A stretch of 64,000 nt of DNA from Candidatus Nomurabacteria bacterium (GTDB lineage Bacteria > Patescibacteriota > Minisyncoccia > Phycocordibacterales > SBAW01), in contig CALREW010000001.1 in assembly GCA_943356415.1 (NCBI GenBank), positions 357,745-421,744 of the forward strand. Reading direction: 5' to 3'. Both the position numbers and the translations under genes were made by a program. This document shows positions 58,039 to 64,000 of this stretch, one piece after another. The notes beneath the pieces were generated by a model. The model searched no databases, was not told where the DNA came from, and saw nothing but the letters and a program-made list of their open reading frames with translations. Within the stretch, counting starts at the first letter, position 1. Each line of letters begins with the position of its first letter.

Positions 58039-58743
58039 TCAGCCGAACTTCCAGCCCAGGCGAACCTTGAACTTCTGCCCGGCACTTCCCGTCACCGGAT
58101 CGGTGGCGATCATAAGCGCCCGGGTGTAGAGATCCTCGGCGAGGCCGATCATCCCACGACGGCGATGCAGAAGCGCGGCGCGCAGGAGCACCCGGCAGAA
58201 CTGCCGGAGCGCCTGGACGTTGTCTTGCTCGTTCTCGACATCTCGCCGTAGCCGAAGCGCGCCGTTGAGGTAGTCGAGCACCTCTTCATCTGACCGTCCG
58301 GAGTAACAACAAACCTCTGCCATACCGATGCGCAGCAGCGCTTCGCTGTGCGGGACAGGATTCTTCATAAGCCCCGCGAGTAGGAAGTTCTCGGCGACGA
58401 AGAAGTTGCGGTGGGCGATCATGACCGTGCCGATGACGTCGCACTGGCCGTCACTGAGCCGGTCAATATTTCCACCGATAATCCTGATTGTCCGTTGCAC
58501 CTCGCCCACTGCCAGGCTGAGGAACCCTGGGACGATGCGATACGAGTACCACACCGAAGCGCGCTTCACAGCGGCATCTTTGTGTCTGCCAGCCACCTCG
58601 AGCTCCTTCGCCTCGCGAAGCCCTTCGATCAAGCCACCGAGCGTGTGGTCCCAGATCTTCTGCCGCAGGCTAACCTGCGCCTCAGGCGGCGGTTGAGTCG
58701 CCATGTTGCCTCTCCAAGCTACAGGCCTCCATAGGCCTTCCAC
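58039..58743 (-). CDS. hypothetical protein (GC-rich island)
   Basis: 234 aa. No recognisable family. C-terminus ...KFKVRLGWKFG. Confidence 0.35.
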   Translation of the reverse strand: MEGLWRPVAWRGNMATQPPPEAQVSLRQKIWDHTLGGLIEGLREAKELEVAGRHKDAAVKRASVWYSYRIVPGFLSLAVGEVQRTIRIIGGNIDRLSDGQCDVIGTVMIAHRNFFVAENFLLAGLMKNPVPHSEALLRIGMAEVCCYSGRSDEEVLDYLNGALRLRRDVENEQDNVQALRQFCRVLLRAALLHRRRGMIGLAEDLYTRALMIATDPVTGSAGQKFKVRLGWKFG

Positions 58744-58888
58744 GCAACATTATGTCACAAAATATTTAATAATCAATATATCGCGTTTTCTCTTTACTAA
58801 CTCACTTTTCTCTGCGATTGTAATGCGCGGAACCGGTAGAGCCGGCTTTTTGTAACCCTGGATCACTGCTAAAGAAAGGCAGGGGCGC

Positions 58889-59794
58889 ATGCTCCGTAGA
58901 AATACCCCAAACAGCGACATCGCCCACCACGCAACTCGCGTAGGGCCGATGAAGATGGGTGCGGTGTCCGTCGGCGCATCGCTCTTCCCGGGACGTATCG
59001 ATGGCGTACAGACAAACTGGACTCTCGCGCGGCTCGAACTTGATGCTCCAGGCGTCGAGCGCGTCGTGCGCCTGCGTCAGGTTGCCGAAGCGCTGGGGCT
59101 GAAAACCATATGGTCCCCCTCCCCAGTGAAGTTCAACGGCCGCATCTGCTCGCGCAGCGAGCTGAAGATCCGCGTCTCGATTGACGCCACGCAAGACATC
59201 GCCATCATGCGTGGCATGGAAGCCGATGGGTGCCTCATCGCTCCGACCGAATCGCTCATCATGAGCGTCGGTGGATGTGCGGTCGTGGTCATGGAGTATC
59301 AGGGGCGCGTGGTCGCCGCGCATGCGGGACTCAAGTGCTTCTACGACCACGAGTTGGCGATCTCGGGCACGAAGACCCCAAACCGCGAACATGAAAGCGT
59401 CGTCGAGGCGGCAGGCCGAGCACTCACAACCGGTGGCGCTGCGCTTGACCCGACACAACTTCATGTGCGCGTACTGTTTCCGCTTTCGCGGAAAGTGCAC
59501 ACGCATTCGCTGAAGGACACGGTGCACGGAGCAAACAACGAACGGCTCCATCAACACTTCATCAAGAAGTGGGGCACCGGCTGTGGTGTGCGGCTCGAGC
59601 AGGATGGCCACACGCTCTCCTTCGATACGCTCGCCATCGTCCGAGCCCAGTGCGAGAGGTATTTCAAACTCGACCCGCTACAAGTCGAGCGCGTGGGGCC
59701 CTTCGCGGATGCCATTCCCTACGCCCATCACACTCGTCTTCCGGGCGAAGCGGGCAAGATGCGCAACCTGGTCGTCATCAAGAACTTGGGCTGA
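58889..59794 (+). CDS. hypothetical protein, possibly divergent PgeF/YfiH (DUF152, laccase-domain) family
   Basis: DGCLIAPTE...GGCAVVVMEYQGRVVAAHAGLKC parallels the YfiH DALIT...ADCLPVL...VAAAHAGWRG core. Otherwise weak. Confidence 0.35.
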   Translation: MLRRNTPNSDIAHHATRVGPMKMGAVSVGASLFPGRIDGVQTNWTLARLELDAPGVERVVRLRQVAEALGLKTIWSPSPVKFNGRICSRSELKIRVSIDATQDIAIMRGMEADGCLIAPTESLIMSVGGCAVVVMEYQGRVVAAHAGLKCFYDHELAISGTKTPNREHESVVEAAGRALTTGGAALDPTQLHVRVLFPLSRKVHTHSLKDTVHGANNERLHQHFIKKWGTGCGVRLEQDGHTLSFDTLAIVRAQCERYFKLDPLQVERVGPFADAIPYAHHTRLPGEAGKMRNLVVIKNLG

Positions 59795-59816
59795 CTTCTC
59801 GGTCACCCCGCACACC

Positions 59817-59854
59817 GCCGGCCCGAACTTCGGGGCCGGCGGTCGTCTTTTTAT
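59817..59854 (+). terminator. strong intrinsic terminator
   Basis: gccggccc-gaacttc-ggggccggc followed by ggtcgtctttttat. Confidence 0.7.
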
Positions 59855-59876
59855 GGAGCGCGCTTGAAGTGGTAGC

Positions 59877-61304
59877 ATGGCACGTATGAATCGCGAGCAC
59901 GTTCACTTTATAGGTATCGGTGGCGTTGGCATGAGCGCGGTGGCCAAAATACTTATCGACAGCGGTTCTACCGTCACCGGCTCAGACGAGGCAGTATATG
60001 AACCTGTTGCCTCCTACCTGACCTTAAGTGGCATCTCGTACAAAACACCCTACGCTGCCGAAAATATCCCCACTGATGTTAACCGCATTGTTGTCGGGAA
60101 AAACGCAAAATTAACCAAAGAAAATAATGCTGAGGTGCGCGAAGCATACGCACGAGGAGTCCCCGTTATTTCTTATCCTGAAATGCTCGCCGAACTTGCG
60201 CAAAACTCTGAACAGATTGTGATCGCGGGCAGTTACGGAAAATCGACTGCAACAGCGCTTATCGCACACTGCTTAACCGAAGCAAATCTTGACCCGTCCT
60301 ACTTTATAGGAGCCGTTCCCTTTTCCCCAAGCGAGAGTGGTCACACAGGGACTGGCAACCTTTTTGTCCTTGAAGGTGACGAATACCCATCCTCCAACGA
60401 AGACCCTCGCTCGAAGTTTCTTCATTTTTCTCCCCGTCACCTACTTCTTACTCCTCTCTCACACGACCATCTCAATATTTTCCCCACGGAAGAAGCGTAT
60501 CTAGCGCCATTTGTAGAACTCATAGCGAAAGTCCCGGCCGATGGTTCAGTGACCGTCGCACTGAGTGGCGAACTCTCCAAAAAATTCCTTGCCGACACGA
60601 ATCGAAACGCAACGACATACAGCGTAAGTGAGGGCGATTGGCACGCGAGCAATATTGTCTACGGCGCTCCAACGACATTTTCCATACTAAATAACGGAAA
60701 GCATATTGTTGATATTTCGACCCAAGAGCTTGGTTCACATGCAGTTGAAAACATTATTGGCGTTGCAGCACTTCTTCTTGGTCAATCGCTTATCACCGCA
60801 GAACAATTTGCAGGTGCCATCAGTTCATTCAAAGGCATCCGTCGTAGACTCGATCTGAAATCAACAAAAACATCCGTGCGCATCTACGAAGGATTTGGCT
60901 CATCCATAGAAAAAGCGAAGGCTGCAATCGCGGCGATGAAATTACATTTCCCCGACCGACGCCTCCTCATTGCCTTTGAGCCGCACACCTTCTCATGGCG
61001 CAACCGGGGAGCACTACCCTGGTATGACAGTGTCTTTGCCGGCGCAGCAGAAGTATTTGTCTACGAACCACCGTCCCACGGCGCCGGCACACATGACCAA
61101 ATAAACCTTGAAGAGATAGTTGCGCGCGTGCAAAGCGCGGGTATTAAAGCGGTGGGTGTTGAAAATGCGGAAGCCGGGCTTTCTGCTATTGCGCAAACAC
61201 TTACGGCGGACGACGTTATTCTTATACTCACCTCAGGAGACATGGGCGGTATGGTGGAAGCATTGCCGAAACTTGCAGAAGAACACTACCCGAAACAGAC
61301 ATGA
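59877..61304 (+). CDS. Mur ligase family protein, Mpl-like (UDP-N-acetylmuramate:L-Ala-gamma-D-Glu-meso-DAP ligase) or MurC
   Basis: HFIGIGGVGMSAVAKIL N-terminus. GSYGKSTATALIAHCL P-loop. EGDEYPSSNEDPRSKFLHFSPRHLLLTPLSHDH resembles the Mpl DEYD..FFDKRSKFxHYxP...EFDH block. Confidence 0.75.
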   Translation: MARMNREHVHFIGIGGVGMSAVAKILIDSGSTVTGSDEAVYEPVASYLTLSGISYKTPYAAENIPTDVNRIVVGKNAKLTKENNAEVREAYARGVPVISYPEMLAELAQNSEQIVIAGSYGKSTATALIAHCLTEANLDPSYFIGAVPFSPSESGHTGTGNLFVLEGDEYPSSNEDPRSKFLHFSPRHLLLTPLSHDHLNIFPTEEAYLAPFVELIAKVPADGSVTVALSGELSKKFLADTNRNATTYSVSEGDWHASNIVYGAPTTFSILNNGKHIVDISTQELGSHAVENIIGVAALLLGQSLITAEQFAGAISSFKGIRRRLDLKSTKTSVRIYEGFGSSIEKAKAAIAAMKLHFPDRRLLIAFEPHTFSWRNRGALPWYDSVFAGAAEVFVYEPPSHGAGTHDQINLEEIVARVQSAGIKAVGVENAEAGLSAIAQTLTADDVILILTSGDMGGMVEALPKLAEEHYPKQT

Positions 61305-62050
61305 AAATCTGGCACAGCGAATTTCTTCAAAACTACGGGACGTATACGTTCGGCTACGGCGTATATGCGTCACTTGAGAAAAGTGACAAACTCTCTGCAA
61401 TATACGAGCAAGGCTTTCTTCCGTATTCCGGATCAAAGGAAGTAACCGACTCGCTGTATATGGCCCGCAGTGCTCGTGTCAGCCTTCCACAATTTGAACC
61501 CTCAAGCGAGAACCGTCGCATTTTAAAAAAGTTTGACGGGGTTTTTACTAAAAGCCCAGTAACCGCTGCAACATTCGCAGAAGACAAAGAACGTATTGCT
61601 TTTGCGCTCTCCTATTTTGCCAAGCGCCACGATGCAAAACTGATGCCTGAGGAGCGTTTGAAACTCATACTCGCTCACGCCGTCGCTCCATGTGCGGTTC
61701 AGTATGAAAAAGACGGTAAACTCGCCGCATTGACACTGCTTGATGGAGATACTGCGATGCAACATTTCTGGTACTCCTTCTACGACCTCTCGATGGTGGA
61801 TCAATCGCTCGGCATGTGGCTAATGCTCGATGCCGCACGTGATGCAAAAGCAGAAGGCAAAGAGCATTTCTACGTAGGAACGGTCTACGGCGAAAAGGCG
61901 CTCTACAAAACAAACTTCCCCGCTCTCTCTTGGTGGGACGGCAAAGACTGGCAAGAAGATGTGTCGGCACTTAAAGCACGGGCGCGCACTGATAGTGAGC
62001 GTACCGCGGGCGGGCGGGATGTGTGGAAGGCGGAAGAAGAATTATTTTAA
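61301..62050 (+). CDS. arginyl/leucyl-tRNA--protein transferase-like (ATE_N + ATE_C, Bpt-like) protein
   Basis: HFWYSFYD...SLGMWLMLDAARDAKAEGKEHFYVGTV...ALYKTNF matches the Bpt/ATE_C VYTFFDP...SLGTYxILWQIExAKxLGLPYxYLGY...MAYKxxF signature. ATGA overlap with the upstream Mur ligase. Confidence 0.65.
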   Translation: MKIWHSEFLQNYGTYTFGYGVYASLEKSDKLSAIYEQGFLPYSGSKEVTDSLYMARSARVSLPQFEPSSENRRILKKFDGVFTKSPVTAATFAEDKERIAFALSYFAKRHDAKLMPEERLKLILAHAVAPCAVQYEKDGKLAALTLLDGDTAMQHFWYSFYDLSMVDQSLGMWLMLDAARDAKAEGKEHFYVGTVYGEKALYKTNFPALSWWDGKDWQEDVSALKARARTDSERTAGGRDVWKAEEELF

Positions 62051-62057
62051 TGAACTC

Positions 62058-62095
62058 AAAACAAAAGACGCCCCCGTGGGGCGTCTTTTGTTTTG
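62058..62095. terminator. bidirectional intrinsic terminator between convergent genes
   Basis: aaaacaaaa-gacgcccc-cgt-ggggcgtc-ttttgttttg. Confidence 0.7.
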
Positions 62096-62108
62096 CAAGA
62101 GTAACTAC

Positions 62109-62714
62109 TTAGTTGAGTGGCTTCTCCGGCGGGACAAGCACTCCGCTTACCAAGTACACAATGCCGTTTTTAGCTTTGTATTGCTTGATGATGAAAGCGC
62201 CGTTTACCATCGCGCTATTGCCTGGGTCGTGCACCGCGAAGTTAAGTGCGTCTTTTGAGAGCGCCATGATAGTGCTCGTCTCAACCGCTGAGGTATCCAC
62301 CGCGCGACCGGAGACAACATGGTATTGAACCAAGCGCTTCTTTTGCGTCGCCGACATATTCGTCAACGTCCCTGGTGTCAGAAGATTGAACGCTCCGTTC
62401 GTTGGTACAAATATCGTATAGGTACCCGTCTTTGATATCGACGCCGCTACCCCCGTTGAGGCAAAAAGTGATGCAAACGAACTTGCCTCGGGAATACCCG
62501 CAATAACTGACGCGACGTCAGAATTCGTTCGGTCTTCACGCACAATCGGCGTTGCCGCTGGTGTGGTATCCGTAGTTGTCGCTGTGGGAGAAGGTGTAAC
62601 CACAACATCAGTGCCACTGCGATCACCGTTCCACCACCACACACCAAAACCAATGACAACGATAAGAATAAGACCGCCCACAACCCACGCACCGGTGTTA
62701 CTTGTGCCGTTCAT
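62109..62714 (-). CDS. fasciclin (FAS1) domain protein with N-terminal membrane anchor
   Basis: TIFVPTNGAFNLL...VQYHVVSG...NGIVYLVSGVLVP. Confidence 0.8.
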   Translation of the reverse strand: MNGTSNTGAWVVGGLILIVVIGFGVWWWNGDRSGTDVVVTPSPTATTTDTTPAATPIVREDRTNSDVASVIAGIPEASSFASLFASTGVAASISKTGTYTIFVPTNGAFNLLTPGTLTNMSATQKKRLVQYHVVSGRAVDTSAVETSTIMALSKDALNFAVHDPGNSAMVNGAFIIKQYKAKNGIVYLVSGVLVPPEKPLN

Positions 62715-62877
62715 AAGAAGAATTGATTATACGCTTCTAAATAAGAGAAAATCTACCTACCGTCAATAGTACATCGTAGTCCTTCTTCATGAAGAACGAA
62801 TGAGTACAGCGTTTGGTGACGCGCGACAGCCAACATCCTATGGCGTAGTATTGGGGTATTACGAGCCTCAGAAATTC

Positions 62878-63636
62878 TGTATGGATATACTCCTCCCCAT
62901 CGTCATTGCCGCTGTCGTCATCGTTTTGGTCAGCATCCGCCAGATAAACCAATATGAAAAAGGGTTGCGCTTTACGTTTGGCAAATTCACCGCAACGCTC
63001 GAGCCAGGCTGGCGCCTCGTGTTTCCTATCATCCAGTTCCACAAGAAAGTAGACATGCGCATCAAAGCTGTCGACGTGCCACACCAAAAAGCTATCACAC
63101 GAGACAACGTGTCCGTCGAGGTAAACGCCGTTATCTATTACCAAGTCGCTTCCGCAGAAAAGGCGATCCTCGGTATCGAAGATTTTATGTACGCGGTATC
63201 TCAATATGCACAAACAACCATGCGAAATATCGTGGGTGGAGTAACTCTCGACGAACTATTAACAAACCGCGAAAAAATAGCTGAGCATATCCGCGAAGTT
63301 GTCGACAAAGAGACCGATGCGTGGGGTCTTAAAGTCCATAACGTAGAACTCAAGGACGTATCGCTGCCTGAGAACATGGAACGCACCATCGCCAAGCAAG
63401 CCGAGGCTGAACGCGAAAAGCGCGCGGTTATCATCACCTCTGAAGGTGAACTTGCAGCATCACAGAACATGGCAGAAGCTGCCCGAACGCTTTCGGCGTC
63501 CCCGGGCGCACTTCATTTGCGCACTTTGCAATCAATAAACGATATCTCTTCAGATCAGTCCAATACCGTTGTCTTCACGGTACCCATGGAACTACTCGAA
63601 GCGTTCAAGGGTTTTGCGAAGAAGCTAGGTCAGTAG
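62878..63636 (+). CDS. SPFH/band-7 (stomatin/HflC-like) domain protein
   Basis: N-terminal TM then QYEKGLRFTFGKF...PGWRLVFPIIQ...VDMR SPFH core. Start set to the internal Met (MDILLPIV). Confidence 0.8.
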   Translation, partial: CMDILLPIVIAAVVIVLVSIRQINQYEKGLRFTFGKFTATLEPGWRLVFPIIQFHKKVDMRIKAVDVPHQKAITRDNVSVEVNAVIYYQVASAEKAILGIEDFMYAVSQYAQTTMRNIVGGVTLDELLTNREKIAEHIREVVDKETDAWGLKVHNVELKDVSLPENMERTIAKQAEAEREKRAVIITSEGELAASQNMAEAARTLSASPGALHLRTLQSINDISSDQSNTVVFTVPMELLEAFKGFAKKLGQ

Positions 63637-63668
63637 AAAAAGAGCGCCTCGGCGCTCTTTTTCTTTGG
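63637..63668 (+). terminator. intrinsic terminator
   Basis: agagcgcc-tc-ggcgctct followed by ttttctttgg. Confidence 0.7.
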
Positions 63669-64000
63669 TGCCGGAGGGGGCTTGGCCAAGAACATTTTTA
63701 CTCGCCGTCGCTCATAAAAATTTCTCGGCCCTGCTCGCACGACCCATTCTGCTGAACGGGTGCCCGTGCTCACCGTTCAAGTCCTCTCTCCGGCAAAAAC
63801 GCAAAGGCCCCAGAGACATGCTCTGGGGACCTGAGCGGTTTGAGTGTCTCTATTGTACCAAGTTAGAACCTATTTTCAAAACAAATAACTCATCGCACAT
63901 CCGTGCGCTGAAGCGCCTCTGTGCGAAGCACAGAGCTTTCCCAAAGGGAAAGGACGGAATGTGCGAATACAAATGCGGACTCGGTTTTGCGAAACTATTT

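Noticed and set aside
58802-59611. 269-aa minus-strand ORF overlapping the PgeF-like gene
   Set aside because: Its product is Arg-rich with no motifs, whereas the plus-strand frame shows a YfiH-like catalytic block and ends at a strong plus-strand terminator. Kept as the less likely alternative.
63671-63793. tRNA call
   Set aside because: Although the ends pair and a T-loop-like GTTCAAGTCC is present, the unit is ~123 nt with an 11-bp closing stem and no plausible D arm or anticodon arm. It does not fold as a cloverleaf.
1-64000. CRISPR arrays, rRNA genes, transposases/integrases
   Set aside because: No regularly spaced direct repeats and no 16S/23S/5S-like conserved blocks are visible. No DDE/tyrosine-recombinase-like ORF is visible. 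The GC-rich islands lack flanking IRs or recombinase genes within the window.

Overview
The window is a compact, gene-dense bacterial chromosome segment. It shows CPR/Patescibacteria-like or Gram-positive-like character (YfhO, TagD/TagF, LTD surface protein, TraD-like ATPase, weak SD usage), but this cannot be proven from sequence alone. Almost everything lies on the minus strand.

Layout:
- 1-6.6 kb: housekeeping genes. obg 5' end, holin-like membrane protein, ABC-2 exporter pair, NUDIX, secA, murB.
- 6.7-43.8 kb: a ~37 kb cell-surface glycan biosynthesis/decoration locus. It contains an O-antigen-ligase-TPR protein, GtrA, GtrB-like GT2, three GT-C transferases (2 YfhO plus 1 ArnT/PMT-like), a UDP-galactopyranose-mutase-like flavoenzyme, a GT2-Zn-ribbon-methyltransferase fusion, a NeuB-family nonulosonic-acid synthase, a mannose-6-P isomerase cupin, a histidine phosphatase, a CMP-sugar synthetase, three paralogous GT-B proteins with an HP(K) motif, a Wzx flippase, tagD, a PK-like mini barrel, tagB/F, a SemiSWEET, a B12-radical-SAM enzyme, 5 GT4s, a GT47-like protein, a UGDH-like protein, a UDP-GlcA 4-epimerase and at least 6 SAM methyltransferases.
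- 43.8-47.2 kb: a lamin-tail-domain surface protein and a TraD/VirD4-like ATPase.
- 47.3-54.9 kb: a Liv-type branched-chain amino-acid ABC transporter with three binding proteins, interrupted by a divergent TrmB-like regulator.
- 55-64 kb: a DUF4015 hydrolase-like protein, rsmI, a methyltransferase, a high-GC pair (PgeF-like plus unknown), a Mur ligase translationally coupled to an ATE/Bpt-like aa-tRNA transferase, a fasciclin protein, an SPFH protein and an ORF-free structured tail.

Most interesting observations:
- A putative Kdn-type (phosphorylated-intermediate) nonulosonic-acid pathway with multiple HP-motif transferases.
- Four discrete GC-rich islands in a ~50% GC background. These carry SD-bearing or TTG-start genes and their own terminators.
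- A duplicated ~90 bp 3' element with three hairpins following two island genes.
- A poly-Lys micro-ORF plus hairpin immediately upstream of secA.
- The Mur-ligase/Bpt-like coupling.

No rRNA, confident tRNA, CRISPR array or transposase was seen.
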